A stretch of 64,000 nt of DNA, from positions 27,032,001 to 27,096,000 of the forward strand of contig OX597814.1 of NCBI GenBank assembly GCA_951406725.2. The letters are read 5' to 3'. The notes under the pieces were generated by a model. The model saw only the letters and a list, made by a program, of their open reading frames with translations, was not told where the DNA came from and did not search any database. The DNA is from Octopus vulgaris. Lineage: Eukaryota. The position numbers and the translations under genes were made by a program. Positions within the stretch are counted from its first letter, which is position 1, and every line of letters begins with the position of its first letter. This document shows positions 1 to 14,265 of the stretch, piece by piece.

Positions 1-835
1 ACAAATACATACACAAATACACACAATACATGTGTAGACATATCAGAGCATATAAACACAGGGATGTGAACATCTATCATTACAAAAAGTTGACTCACAA
101 AGGGACAACATAAGGAAAAAATATATGTTCAGAAATATTAAAACTAGCAATGACCTTGTAAGCATTTAGATGGCATAGTTCTTCTTAAGTTTTTAAGTAA
201 ATGAGACTCGGTATGAATTGGCTCCACAGTAAGAAATGTTGTCTGGGAGTATCTAGATAATTTAAAATGCTAAGCCATAGTTTTGGTAGAGCCCTTGAAT
301 GTTGACTGTTAAAGATTTCATTTTCCTCCGTTTCTATTTTTGACTACACAATAAAAATCTCTTACTCAAAGCACATATGGGTTGGCAAAAGGAAGAACAT
401 CCAGCTCTAAGTTACTGCCTCAAAAAGCATTTGTTCAAAACATGCCAACTTAATATAGAAGAAATGATTATGATGAAATACACACACACACACACATATA
501 TTCATATATATGAAAGACATTTGGTACAAACAATGAAGACATATAACAGATGAAGAAAACGAAAAGATCCCCTTCATTGGCTGTCTATCTAGGGATTATC
601 ATGGTTTCAATTCCTTAGGATAAAGTTGCTAGCCCAGTTGGCACTCTAATAGCCTAGTGATATTAACACCCGTCAGAAATGATTTCTAAAGTTAAATATA
701 TGGAGACAAGACATAAAGGAATGAGCAATACAAAACAATAGTGCACATGAGCAATGCTGGAAAAATAAGCAGCAGCAAAATTAAACATTCAAGCAGTAAT
801 ACTAATGAAAAGTGATAAAAAAAATACAGCAATAT

Positions 836-1206
836 AGGTAGCATAACTGTGGAGTTAAGAAGCATGCTTCCCAGCCATGTGGCTTCAGGTTCACCCTGAC
901 TGCATTGCATCTTGGGTAAATGTCTTCTACAATAACCCCAGGCTGACCAAATCTTCATGAGTGAATTTAGTAAGAGGAAACTGAAAGAAGCCCATGGTAT
1001 ACGTGTGTCCTAGTTATGGCATCACTCAATTGTCATTAAGGAATGTCACCATCATACATACCAGTGTGGTGACCCTCATCTCCAGTCTTTAGTGGAAAAA
1101 CATGTCCAGCCTTGGGGAAATATTACCTTGCTTAGAAATGAGTGATGTTAGTGACAGGAAGGGCATCCAATAAAACAATGATGATGATGATGATGATGAT
1201 GATGAT
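836..1206 (+). mobile_element. SINE family A copy (tRNA-like head, RTE-type 3' tail ending in (GAT)n)
   Basis: The head 'gtggagttaagaagcatgcttcccagccatgtggcttcaggttca' and tail 'ggaagggcatccaa...gatgatgat' recur at 10785, 27460, 41505 (-) and 57455. Confidence 0.75.
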
Positions 1207-1470
1207 GTGGAGGTACATGACTTAGTGGCTAGGGGTGTTGGACTCATCATTGTAAGAGTGTGGTTTCGATTCCGGGACAAAGTGATGTGTTGTATTCTTG
1301 AGGAAAACACTTCATTTCATGTTGCTCCAGTCCACTCAGCTGGCAAAAATGAGTAATCTTGCAACAGACCAATATCCCGTCCAGGTGGGGAATTTTTATG
1401 CCATAGAAACCAAGAAATCAGCCCTTATGAGTCAGCATGACTTGAGAAGGTAACTTTACTTTTACTTTTT
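1207..1470 (+). mobile_element. SINE family C copy (tRNA-like head, core 'gctccagtccactcagctgg')
   Basis: A/B-box-like 'tgacttagtggctagg...ggtttcgattcc'; related copies at 49775-50045 (+) and 51040-51250 (-). Confidence 0.65.
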
Positions 1471-1835
1471 GATGATCATCATGGTGACAATGATGACAAT
1501 GATAATGATGCAAACACACACAAACAGACTCTTACACATAATTTTGTATTTATGACTCACCAATAACTGTTTCAGTCATCAAATATATATTTTAATGTGT
1601 TGTGATTATTTTCAGCCATTACACAAACCTTTGATTAATAAAAATAACGTTTTTCTCAACAATCAGTATGGTTACAAGACACTGTAGGAGTGTCTGTATG
1701 GACACCTGGTTTGTTAGAAATAGCAGCAAAATCTTCAAACCATGCTGTACCACTTTCAAAAGGAAGGCACATAGGATAATATAACCTGGGGTACATTATG
1801 CCTGATAAAATAGAGAGGATTTTTTTTGCAATGTC

Positions 1836-1995
1836 ATACATATATATTTACACAAATATACATATATATACACATATATATATATCTATATATACATATA
1901 CATAGATATATATATACATATATATATATACACATATTTACATACATAGATATATACATAAATATATATACATATATATACATACATATATATAT

Positions 1996-2052
<57 letters not shown>
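1836..2052. repeat. (TA)n/(CATA)n compound microsatellite, representative of dozens in the window
   Basis: Directly visible; the source of spurious YI/HT/CV ORFs. Confidence 0.95.
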
Positions 2053-2054
<2 letters not shown>

Positions 2055-2409
2055 GTGAAACTATTATATCACATTACAATAGAGATGTTATTGTTTCACT
2101 TTTGACACATAGTACTGAAAGTGTAGCTTTGGTGATACAAACAGAAAAATAGAACTCAAAATTCAGCAGAAGTTACAAATTGATTCAAGGGCTGAGAGTT
2201 TTGTGCATTTGCACGTATCAAACTTTGATAACTTCCAAAGCACAAAACTCTTAGCCCTTGAGTCACTTTATAACTTTTGCTGATTAGACTAAAAAATATA
2301 AGTATATGTATGAGGTGTGTGTGTGTGTGTGCGTGTGTGTGTGCACGCATGCATATATGTCTAGATATGTGTATATGTGTGTCTATATATACGTATGTGT
2401 GTATGTATG

Positions 2410-2472
<63 letters not shown>

Positions 2473-2997
2473 GAATAAGGAAGGAAACAGAAAGTGAATG
2501 AGAGTGTGCTAGGGAAAAGAGTGTGAGTGGATGAAAGACAGACTATTTCTCTGAGAACCTATCATATCTGAGAGATTTCTTGCATGTCAATCATATATTT
2601 AGTGAGTGTCAGATAACTGAGTTATAATATGTGTGTTCCTGTAAGAAATCTGGTACAAGACTATTAGTTATTTTGCCAAAACTTACTGGGAATGTTGGCA
2701 ATCTCACACAGCAAATGCACACACTAGTTTCAAGTCATTAGCCTGCTCCATTTAACTTGTCAAAAACTTCATTTCAACATATCGCTATTATTGTGAAGTG
2801 TCTCTTGTTAATGTCCAACACAGAAATAGGCGAGATATGAAAACTATGTTTGTATAAATATCTTTCTTTCTTTCTTTCTTTCTTTGATTAGTGAGTGAGT
2901 GAGTGTGTGTGTGTGTGTTTACACATAAGCACACACACACACATGTATATATATAAAACATATATATATATACATACATACATACACACACACACAC

Positions 2998-3030
<33 letters not shown>

Positions 3031-3569
3031 AAGCATATATATATATACACACATATACATATATATATAATTTTTATATAGTTACATACATATATACATA
3101 TGTACATGTGCACACACATATACATAAATATATATATCTACATATAGATAGATATATGCATGTATATTTATATATATATATATATCTTTATAAATACATA
3201 TATTTGTGTGTGTGTTAGTGTGTGTACACTACACATGTACACACACACAAATAAAGAGTAGTATATGGATTGATAGGATAGATGGATAGATACATAGCTA
3301 CACATACATACATGCATACTCATATGTATGTATGTATACATACATACGTAGATCAGTTGAATGGATGTATAAATAGACAGATTGACAGGTAACTACATAA
3401 ATAGAAATACTTCATACTTTTCTTGACATATTTCACATCTTCAACAACTCTAATCGTTCATTATCATGTGAGATCAGCAATAATACCTATACCTACACAC
3501 ACATACATACACACATGTGTATGTGTGTGTGTATGTATGTATGCATGTATGTATGTCAAAGTTCTAGTT

Positions 3570-3960
3570 GTTTAACAACTGACTTGTTCTGAGACCATGT
3601 GTTGAAAGTGAAGCAATTGTATTGTGAAAGTAATTTTTAACCATTTAAGAACACACAAAAACTCTTACACTTTCTTTCTGTTTGTTTCTCAAAAGTAGTC
3701 TATTATAAAGTGTCAAAAAGTTTCATCACACTTCTGGACCCAATCACAATTCCATTGTATCAGATACAGTGGAAATGCGCCATTGACTAGGTTACAGATA
3801 GTCTGGCAAAACTTTTTTTATACTCCATAATATGCTACGCTTTTAAGAAATACATGCAAAGTTTGACAAGTTCTTAAATTGTTAAATGACTCTTTCACAA
3901 TATTTTTTATCTAAGGAAGAGAATGGTAACCATGAATGGTTAAAATAAGTCGTCAACTCT
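3570..3960. mobile_element. Degenerate palindromic (fold-back) MITE-like element
   Basis: 'tattgtgaaagtaatttttaaccatttaagaac' (~3620) is an imperfect reverse complement of 'gttcttaaattgttaaatgactctttcacaata' (~3870-3902); the outer and inner segments also pair partially. Confidence 0.55.
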
Positions 3961-4158
3961 TTCACATTCAAACTATCCGTATCAAGTAGTAGCAGTATTT
4001 GTAAAAACATACTATACTCACCTATGTTTATACTTTACTCTTATTTTAAAGAAAATCCTTTATTAAGTCACAGAAATTCATAATTTCATCCTTTTATTTT
4101 TATTTTTCTCCTTACAACTAATATATTAGTATATCTGAAACCATTATAATTAAGCACA

Positions 4159-4373
4159 TTAACCCTTTTCATACTAATTTACCCAAAAGTCCACTGGTTG
4201 TGTGATACAAACTTCCTGTTTTAAAGTAAAATCTTCCATTAGATTTCATATAATTTGTTTGAAACCCCAGCTTAGTAATGACAAAGTTATTTAACTAAAT
4301 TCTTCATAAATTTCAAAATTAATTGAAACAAAGGCAGTCTATTTTAATGGAACTATGGGAATAAAAGGATTAA
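4159..4373 (+). mobile_element. piggyBac-like MITE (TTAA|CCCTTT...AAAGGA|TTAA)
   Basis: TTAA at both ends with near-inverted CCCTTTT/AAAAGGA termini; a reverse-orientation homolog lies at 27275-27976. Confidence 0.6.
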
Positions 4374-4822
4374 AAACTTAAAGTGTAGTTAGATGGATTT
4401 GAAAGGTTTAGTGTTTGGCTAGATTTTTTAAATCTTTTTGTTAATGTCTTAGTCACAAAAAGGAGTAGCACAAATGATCTTCTCAGACACTCTAACACTT
4501 ATGAGATCAATACAATTGATACTTTTCAGCTTATAGATCTGTAAGTCAATATCTGCGAAAAAAAATGTTGAAGATGGAGGAATTTCAGAGGGTTAATGTT
4601 CAGGAGAAGTATGTTTTGCAGTGAAATGTAAAACAATCACTGGAATGTTTGGTACAAGCAAAAAGGAGAGATAAGTAGTGAGGTAACTTCACAAGAATGT
4701 AAAGAAGACACAGAATTAGAAATTGGAAAGAAAACAATTAGTGTGAGAGAGGATTTCTTCATCAGAAATATTAAATTTATTTTTGAATTCCAGTTGTCAA
4801 AATAAGTGCAATTTATGGTGTA

Positions 4823-4905
<83 letters not shown>

Positions 4906-6784
4906 CTGGGTGCATTGCATATTTTATCAGGCTGAAATTGGGAAGATTGTTGTTGTTACTACTGTTGTTGAGTTTCCAACATCAGTCATAATAGTGTAGA
5001 CCTACAATCAAAGATATTCTAACCCTAACAAACCCACCTTTTTACATTTTTCTTTTTTACTCAGGCATTATGTATCCCAAATTATATTATCTAATGTGTT
5101 CTATCCTTTGTTAGATGGTAGGGCACATTGTTAAAATGTTAGGCCAGGGATTAACGGGATCCCTGAATGTCAACCTGCATAGTGTATTTTGGACTACATT
5201 ATCCAGTCTGTCCCTCTATTTTTAAGATGGTAGGATGTTGTTTCAGGGTGATTTGATTATGTCTAGCAGGTCAAACAACTCCAGAGACACTTTCCTTATT
5301 GGATTGTGAAAGAAAGCAACCAGTGAGGAAGATAATGCATTATAACAAAAGAGCTGACAGGTGGAAATTGATGGAAAAGAGAATTTTCTCCTCAGATGTA
5401 CATGTGTGTGTGTTATCAAGCATGGAGTGGCTCTGTTGACAGCTAAGGTTCAGCAGAGAACAATGTCGATGAAGCTACCAGAAAGTAAAACAAATATCTT
5501 TTATCCAGTGTCTTATTTGCTTGATTGTAAGGTATAACAGGAGGAAGGTCTTAGCTGCTATTTCTATGTGCAACCACATAGCAACTCCCTCAGTGGTTCA
5601 TTTATAGGAACAAATGAAGTCACAGTTGATACCTCTTCTGGTTGCTAACTGCTGAACTATCAAATAAGAATAGAAGGTTTTATCAGAAAAGCTGAAACAT
5701 GAAAATTTATATGTGCAAAACACAATGGCTGCTGTAAGATTTCAAGCTTACGATCATATTGCCATTAATTCTAACTCTTTTAACTTCACAGCTGCAGTTT
5801 CTCATCAAGATATAAACATAATATTCTGATGTGGGTCATAATGAGCCATTGCAGAATGCCAACAACATGAGTCACTTAAAATGATAGTAAGCACCTCCAA
5901 AAATAACCAATTTTGCAATTGAGATTTGATTCTTAGTAGAGATTTTTCATATTCCTCCTCATACTTTTGATTTTTGATAACAGTGAATAGCCTTGAGAGA
6001 AATGGACTGCCTTACCTTTCGACACATTGAACAATCACAAATTCTTTGCTTGTGATCCACAAAGCTATATATAATGGATTAAGAAGTGATTTTGCTTCAG
6101 TAAACCAACTTCTTTAGAACTGAATTTTTCAATGATTTCTATTTCTTAAGAGAGTATTTTGAGGGTCATTTGACTGTTATTAGTGTTAATGTAGACCAAC
6201 CATTTAGAGGCTCCTCTTACTAGCAACACCAAAGAAAATCAAATGCAGCCAACTTAAAATAAACATACCACTTACATATAGAAATCAAAAATACTAGGAA
6301 TTATTTGCCAAACTGCTGCATCATTCACAGCACACAGAGAAAAATATAGTGAAGAAACCAAAACACAAGCACAAATACATCTACAGTACTTGCAAGTACT
6401 ACATAAGTAAACACAAAGAAAAACAACACTATGGTTCAACTAACTTATTAGGTCCCCTCTCCTAATTTCTCAGCAACACTCATATAAGGTGCACAAAATA
6501 GCACACTTCACATCATCACTGATTGTTGCAAACAGATCATAGTCACAGAGCAGCTGTATGATGAAATATAGATACCACAAATGAAAACCAACTGAGATGT
6601 GTGAGGAGTATTGTTTTTGCCACAACAAGCTCCAACTGACACAGTCTCAATCACTATATGTATAACAACACTACTCTCCAGCAAAAGATATGTCAAGGAA
6701 CATTTACAAGAGCGGAAACTAAAGTTTCAGCAAACCACACACATATATACATGTCCTAGCATGTCCACAGTCCAAAGACTGAAA

Positions 6785-7020
6785 ACTGTGTGGTAAGAAG
6801 CTTGCTTCCCAACCACATGAATGTATTTGTGTGTCTGTGTTTGTCCCTCCACCATTGCTTGACAACCGATGTTGGTGTGTTTATGTCCCTGTAATGTAGT
6901 TGTTTGGCAAAAGAGACTGATAGAATAAGTACTTACAAAGAATAAGTCCTGGGGTTGATTTATTCGACTAAAGGTTGTGCTCCAGCATGGCTGCAGTCAA
7001 ATGACTGAAACAAAAAGAAG
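6785..7020 (+). mobile_element. SINE with truncated family-A head and alternative body ('ttgacaaccgatgttggtg...ccagcatggctgcagtcaaatgactgaaac')
   Basis: The body recurs at ~7385-7495, ~9945-10095, ~11350-11460 and ~57800-57995. Confidence 0.65.
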
Positions 7021-7021
7021 A

Positions 7022-7054
<33 letters not shown>

Positions 7055-9641
7055 TGTATGTATGTATGTATGTATGTATGTGTGTGTATGTATGTATGTA
7101 TGTATGTATGTATGTTGTTGAATGCTCGAAATGAGGAGTTGATAAACAGCTGACAACTGATGAAGGGTCCTTTCTTTGTGTTTACTTATCCTGTTTTTAC
7201 ATATTTCATGTTGTTTGCACAGCTGGTGACGTCCTGTACCCAGATATGCATATATATATTTTATTTATCATAATTATTTAATTGAATGCCACACATCCAT
7301 TTCCTAATATACAGGCAGATAGACATCAGATGTCTAAGGAATTACATGTATGAGTGTGCTCCATGATTATTAAAGATTGATAAAACAACGTGTTAGATTG
7401 TAATAAGTACTAGGTTTAAGATGACTAATTATAATCCTTAAAGGTGGTGCCCGAATGTGGCTGCAGTCTGTGTTCAAAATGGAATCAGTAAAAGAATATA
7501 TATCTCTGCCTTCACTCCATAGACATCTACAGATATCACCAACAGAATTACAATTGACATAACTGAAGATGTAGCCATGGTTTCAAGAATACCAAAACAA
7601 TGCATCAACAAAATTTAGTGAAAAGCATTTATTCATACTGGAAACAGAGTAGGTGGGTATTGGAAAATTGGAAAGAAAAATGAATTTATATAGAAATGGT
7701 ATTTGCAGCCTTTATCTATCAGCAAACCACCTCTGGCAATAAAACGTCCATGTAATATATTCTACCATTTGAGTAATGCTTTAAGAGCCGAGATAGTGAT
7801 GGTAGTGGTTGTTATGGTAGGGATGCTAATGGCACTGGTTGTAAAGATTTTGTTTGTTAGGACTGATAGGGATTGTGATGGTGGTAATACAGAAAATCAG
7901 GATAATAGTCGAAATGATGAGGTATAACAAAGAAGGATGTCAGTAATTGTTGTTGTTACTGATGTTGTTGTTGTTGTAGGTTGTTTTTGTGGTAGGTTGT
8001 TGTAGTAAACTGAAAGTGATTGTGGAGTAGAAGGACAAGTACATAGGCAGTTCTTTTAGATTTTCAGTGAAATCTGCATCATTCAAAGCTACAAATATTT
8101 CCTAACAGCTTTTGCTGGTCTTCTCAGCAGTTTGACCAATTGTCTGTCTAATAAAGCACCCAAAATACAAAGCTGTTCTTTTCCTATTTGGAATCTAAAG
8201 AAGTGTCACAAACTGGTGCAGCTAGTTGTTTATAGTCATTAAGTATGTCAATATAAGAAACAAATTTCACATCCAATCTCTTCAACCATTGTTAACCTGG
8301 CTTTTGTACATGACTCTTTCTTTATTGCCTTTGCTTTGTGCTCTCATATACCTTGTATCTCCCCGCATCTTTCTCGTAGATTCAATAATTCAACTACCAT
8401 CTTTTTCTCTCTTCTTCTCTCAAAATATTTCACACTAGCCACAACTCAATTTAGTCCTTACCTCTTAGCTATATCCTTCCTCAAAACTTATTCAACATTC
8501 CTTAAACTTAATTCCTGCAGTTTGTTCTTATTGTTATTATCTGTACAATCATGTGTGAGTCACTCACCAGACACTACTGAAACGGCACCCTTTATCAGTC
8601 ATACCCACCCTTCATCTAACTATTCAACCAATAAACAAGCCAGCCAGTCTATTGTGAGCAACACGAGAGCCATTTGTCATCCAATCATAAATTGCTTCAC
8701 TCCTCACAATATCTTTTATCGAGTTTTACTTCAAATGAATGACTTCCGTTTAAACATTTTTATCTTGCCTCTTTTTTCTTTCCTTTTTGTTTAGTTCTCT
8801 GCTTTGATATTTTTATTTTTATCAAACCAATATTTATTTAATACTTCTGTTGAATTTAAATTCTTTGGGGGTTTTGTTGGTTTGTGTGTGTGTATGTGTG
8901 TGTGTGTGTGTTTTGTTTTGTCTTTGTTTTTTATTTGTTTTTATTTGGTAGTGGGGTCCCCAAGCAGATGTAAGAGTCATTATAAAGGTGGGCCACATTT
9001 ATTATTAAGTTACAAAACATTATTTAGATTAATACAATGTCAAAGCAGTCTAACAGAATTTTTAAAGAAGGAAAGATAGAAAAAAAAAGAAGCAGAAATA
9101 TTTCATTAAATTTATCTTTAGATAATTCAAAAGTTGCCATGTTTTAGTATTTCTTTCCAGTTTTAAAAATTTATTTCATCTTTCTTTCTAGCATTTTTTT
9201 TAATTAAAAAGCAATTGTCTGTTAAACAATTCTGATGAGAGAATGTAAAGACTGCTACATAACTGGACATATTTGCTGTGTACAACAATTTCTCATTCAA
9301 TACAGGAAATAAAATCACATCAAGACAAAATGAAATTTATTAAAAATCTGTAAATATGTCGAGAAAACAACTTTTCTAACTGTGGTTTGGGAACACATAG
9401 TTCCTCATGAGAGAAGCTAAAAACACGAGTCACCCCACTCTCTCTCTCTCCATCTCTTTCATTTAAAAATGGTGATGATTTTAGTTTTTTAAAGCAGATT
9501 AATTTGTTTTTCTTCAATTTTTGTTCAATTATTTTGAATTTTATTTTTGTTCAATTATTTTGAATTTTATTTTGTTTCTCTTATTTGTGTTATTTTTAAG
9601 CAATACAAATGTTCATTAATAACTTTTTTCTCTCTCACACA

Positions 9642-9680
<39 letters not shown>

Positions 9681-10274
9681 TTTCTCTCTCACCCACCCAC
9701 CCCCAGACTGAAATAGCATTGATTTCTTGTAATGGGATAAGACAAAAATTTTAAGGAGAGAGTATAATTATTTGCTTCAAACCCTTAGTATATCTCTGCT
9801 ATTATTTCTTTTGGAGCTCTGATTTCAATAACCATACTATATAAAAACACTGCTTGAAAAAGAACAGAAAATATAAAAGAAGATCAATATTTTATCCTTT
9901 TTTTTTCCTTCATACTTTAGTCAATTTAAGGTGTAAGAAAATCTGGGTCCCTCATCACCATTTGACAACCTGTATTGGTATGCTTACATCCCATGTAACT
10001 TAACAGCTCAGCAAAAGAGACTGTTACAGAAAGTACCAGGCTTAAAAAAGGCAGTGCTCAAGCATGGCCACATTTAATGACTGAAACAAATAAAACATAT
10101 GTACAGTGGTTGCGAGAGGAAATAATGAACGCAGCTCATAAATAGATAATATGGAAGTAACTTATTGTAATCAGCATTAAATGAACAGAAATTAATGTAC
10201 CATAACTATGAGTAAACCATTGAATGTTGTGATATTTGTTGTTGCAGTAGTGGTAGTGCTGACCATCATGATGG

Positions 10275-10505
10275 TGGTGATGAGCTGGCAGAAACGTTAG
10301 CACGCCTGGCGAAATACATAGCGGTATTTCGTCTGTCGTTACGTTGTGAGTTCAAATTCCGCCGAGGTCAACTTTGCCTTTCATCCTTTCGGGGTCGATA
10401 AATAAAGTACCAGTTACGCACTGGGGTCGATGTAATCGACTTAATACCTATGTCTGTCCTTGTTTGTCCCTTCTATGTTTAGCCCCTTGTGGGTAATAAA
10501 GAAAT
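10275..10505 (+). mobile_element. SINE family B copy, young (CpG-rich)
   Basis: 'gagctggcagaaacgttagcacg...gagttcaaattcc...tttgcctttcatcctttcggggtcgat'; decayed copies at 58460-58680 (+) and 28700-28890 (-). Confidence 0.75.
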
Positions 10506-10784
10506 GGTTAGTGACAACAATGACAACAACAAAAACAATGAAATCTAAGCAGAGACAGAACTGATGCCAATATCTCCCATCAGATAATGTGCTTCATGAA
10601 CTGAGACGGGTCCAATTTCATTGCATGCCACTTTGAGTCTCCTGTTTTCTGTTATAGCTTGGACTTGACAAATACTTTGTGAGTGCAGATGTACAGAACA
10701 TCATCATTCATTCATTCATTCATACATACATACATACATACATATGTACGTACATACGTATGTGTGTGTGTATGTATATATGAT

Positions 10785-11210
10785 AGGTGCAGGCATAATT
10801 GTGTGGTTAAGAAGTTTCCTTCACAACCATGTGGTACTGCTGGTGAAAATCATTTACAATAGCCTTGGGCTGATAATGCCTTTAAAATATGATTGGTTGA
10901 TGGAAGTTCACAGAAGCTTGTTGTATGAACAGACAGATATATGAATGTCTTTCTATCTTTATCTTGACATTGTTTACACATGTAATGCTAAAAACAATGT
11001 CACTGCCACTTGGGTAGTGTTATTGCTTACATCTTGACATTAAATATAAGAAGTTCATCATGCAGAATGCCAAGAAAATAAGTACCTTGCTTGGAAACAG
11101 GAGTTGGCGACAGAAAAGGCATAAGGGCATAGAGTACTGCCTCAACAAAGTCTCATCCAACCAATTCCAGCATGAAAAAAACAGACATAAAAACAACCAT
11201 GAAGTTGATG
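10785..11210 (+). mobile_element. SINE family A copy (degraded)
   Basis: Head 'ggtgcaggcataattgtgtggttaagaag' and tail 'accttgcttggaaacagg...ccagcatgaaaaaa'. Confidence 0.65.
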
Positions 11211-11989
11211 GTATGTGTATGTATATGTGTGTGGTTGTATGCTTATATTAATGTGTGGTGAGAAACAATCCACTCAAACAGAAATTCCCCCCCCTCCCAT
11301 TATTTATGTTTAGTTAAGTCAGCTCTCAATATGCCAATGTCTTCTTTGGGAATGAGAATAAATCAAGACCCAAGCAATGAACTTGAGTCAATATAGTCAA
11401 CTGAAACCGTTGGAGGTGATGCCCCAGCATGGCCACAGGCCTATGAGTAAAACTTGTAAAAGAAAAAGCAAAGAAGAGGCAATAAACAAAACACTACAGT
11501 GAATTTAAACTCAGGACAGATGAACTGCTAGTCTGAACTATATTCAATGAGCTATTTTATCTCTATCATCAAAATGTGTGTTAAAAGTGGGTTGAAGAAA
11601 TACATGACTATTAGAGACACAGTTGTTCCATACAAGAGAGATATTTGAATATACCATGTAATTGGATGGTGAGTCTCTCATGTGAATGCCTGTTTTGAAA
11701 CAACAACATTGTGGTACAAGATAGAAAAACAGAGGTTGGCTGAGTAACTCTTGGGAATTAGAGATTTAGATTAGCTTAGCTATTGAAATGGTACATCTTC
11801 AGTTTGAGATGGCACTGGATAAAAGGTCAAAAGAAACATGATCTTAAGGAGCAACAACCCCTATGAGCATGGAGGAGTGAGGAAACATTATAATGATAAT
11901 GATGTCGTTGTGATTATGAGAATATTGAGAATGTTGATGGTGATGCTGGTGGTAATGATGCAGCTGATATTAGTTATCACGATGTAGCC

Positions 11990-12445
11990 AGTGACTATAA
12001 CAACAATAACAGTCTCAATATTGGCAGCAACTATCAGCTATGACAATGGCAACTATGCAGACAACAATTATAACAACAGCAGTTACAATAACGATGACAG
12101 TAACAACACCAGTAATTATGACAATAACCACAACTCTGACATTGGAAGTAACTACAACAACAGAAGTAACTATGGCTTCAATCATAGTAACTATGACGTT
12201 GACAAAAACGCAAAAACAACGACAATAACATTAACTATTGCTACAACATTAACTATGATGTTTACACTAGCTTTTGTGTTGAAGGTGACTGAAGTTATTA
12301 TTTCTTCATTAACAACACCTATGACTATGATGTCGACAATGATAGTAACTATGACTCCTACAACAACAGCAACTATAACATCAACATCAGCAATATTGAT
12401 GTTGATGATAACAGCAATGGTTATAAAAATGATAGTAATAATAAT
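11990..12445. repeat. Degenerate AAC/ATG trinucleotide low-complexity tract
   Basis: Runs of aca/aat/gat triplets; ORFs in several frames are T/N/M-rich. Confidence 0.7.
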
Positions 12446-12468
12446 GGTCACAGTGAAGGAGAAAAGAT

Positions 12469-12616
12469 TAGAAGCACTGAAGGAAGAAAAGAAGTTAACT
12501 CTTCCTTGTATGTAGAACTCTATATAATTGAACCCCTATAAGCAATTGGAAGTATTATGGTGTAAACCGATATTAAGGCAATACTAAGTGGTAAATTTTT
12601 CAATCTTTCGACAGCA
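12469..12616 (+). repeat. 148-bp direct repeat, copy 1
   Basis: Nearly identical to 13435-13582, with only scattered substitutions. Confidence 0.9.
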
Positions 12617-13118
12617 ATATGAGGGACATGTAACAATAAAATATAGAGCAAATAACAGGATAATAGTAAAAACATAAACTTGTCAAATAAAATAGTTTTC
12701 TGATCATTATAGCATAAACATGGATGAAATCACAAGTATTAAGGATATGAGGGAGGAGGGACAGAAACAGGGGAACAAAAAGTACACAAGTAAGAGAATG
12801 GGGATAAGAGATATTTGTAAAAGAGAAAGTGAAAGAAGACTGAATAAGAGAAATGACAAAAAGGGCTAGAAGAGGAGAATAAATATGAAACAAAGACATT
12901 AACACATTTTATGTCATGTTGAGTAAAAAAAAATGCTGAAGGTGAAAACAGTAAAAGGAAAAAAATTATTCCTTCTTTATATATATATTATATCTCCCGT
13001 CCAACCCATGGAAAATGGACGTTAAACAATGATGATGATGATGATGGTATATACAATATGTATATAATGTATATTTGTAAATGTATATTATATATATATA
13101 TATATATATGTACGTATG

Positions 13119-13153
<35 letters not shown>

Positions 13154-13434
13154 ATATATATGCATGTGTATTTATATATATATATAGATAGATATAGATA
13201 TATATACATACATATATATATAAAAATACACATGCATATATATATATAATATTGCCCTCTTATAACCCCTACCAGTTTAGTCTGCATTCATCCTATACAA
13301 TGATTACACTGTTTTTCCTTCAATTCCAAAACTTTCTGCCCTATCAGTCTGAATAGGTATATTTGTAATGAGTTATCAGCCTATAACCCCTAGGAACTGT
13401 ATTATTCTACATACAATAGTGCTTGTATGTAGAA

Positions 13435-13582
13435 TAGAAGCACTGAAGGAAGAAAAGAAGTTAACTCTTCCTTATATGTAGAACTCTATATAATTGAACC
13501 ACTATAAACAATTGGAAGTATTATGGTGTAAACCAATATTAAGGCAATATTAAGTGGTAAATTTTTCCATCTTTCAGCAGCA
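13435..13582 (+). repeat. 148-bp direct repeat, copy 2
   Basis: Nearly identical to 12469-12616. Confidence 0.9.
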
Positions 13583-13841
13583 TTTTATAAAGCTACATCC
13601 AATGGTATCCTCATATTTATTTCTCAACTTGCTTTGTTAGGAATACCTCGACCTATCCTTATTATTTATTTACTTATTATTATCTTATTTTTTATTTTAT
13701 TTTGTTCTCCTTTGTCTCTCCTTATATCCAGTATGTATCTTATGGCTTCAGCAATGAAAAAAAAATTTTAACCTTGTGTCTATTCTTTAAACTTATTCCT
13801 ATTTTATCAATTTAGGTAGGGGGGGGCTCTGAACTATATAT

Positions 13842-14130
13842 GAGTAGCGTCCCTGCGTTCCTGGGCCTAGTTTTCCACCACATTTCTTAAAAATCATGGT
13901 AGAGGCCGTGGTCTCAGAACCACTCATGTCTAGAAACTGAGATTGGGGGGTAAGCAAGGGCATGCTCCCCATAGAAAATCCAACTCCAAAAAAAACTCAT
14001 GAGAGCAAGGGAGAATGGGCACCAGCCAGCCCAAAAGTTGGGGTGGGTTGCACCTGCCTACCTCAGTTGCTATGGCATTGCGGTAGATCTAGCCAAAACC
14101 CAGATTTAAAACACTGGATAATGATGATGA
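13842..14130 (+). mobile_element. Retroposon 3' fragment with (GAT)n tail, a variant RTE-like end
   Basis: GC-richer island containing 'aagcaagggcatgctccccatagaaaatc' and ending 'gataatgatgatga'. Confidence 0.45.
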
Positions 14131-14265
14131 AATCCCTTATTGAAACTTATATATATGTATATATATTTCTTGATAATAATAATGACAACAAAAGAATGAA
14201 TGAGACCTCAATATTATGTAAAATAGAAGAATTTATCTATAAATATATGTGACAATTAGTTGGTT

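Noticed and set aside
7150-7175. CTGATGA motifs at ~7157, 9232, 15232 and 16428 as hammerheads or C/D boxes
   Set aside because: No matching stem II plus GAAA plus stem III, and no box D partner nearby.
11991-12515. 174-aa Asn/Thr-rich ORF resembling a membrane or mucin-like protein
   Set aside because: Degenerate trinucleotide tract with overlapping ORFs on both strands, no splice support, and it runs into a duplicated repeat.
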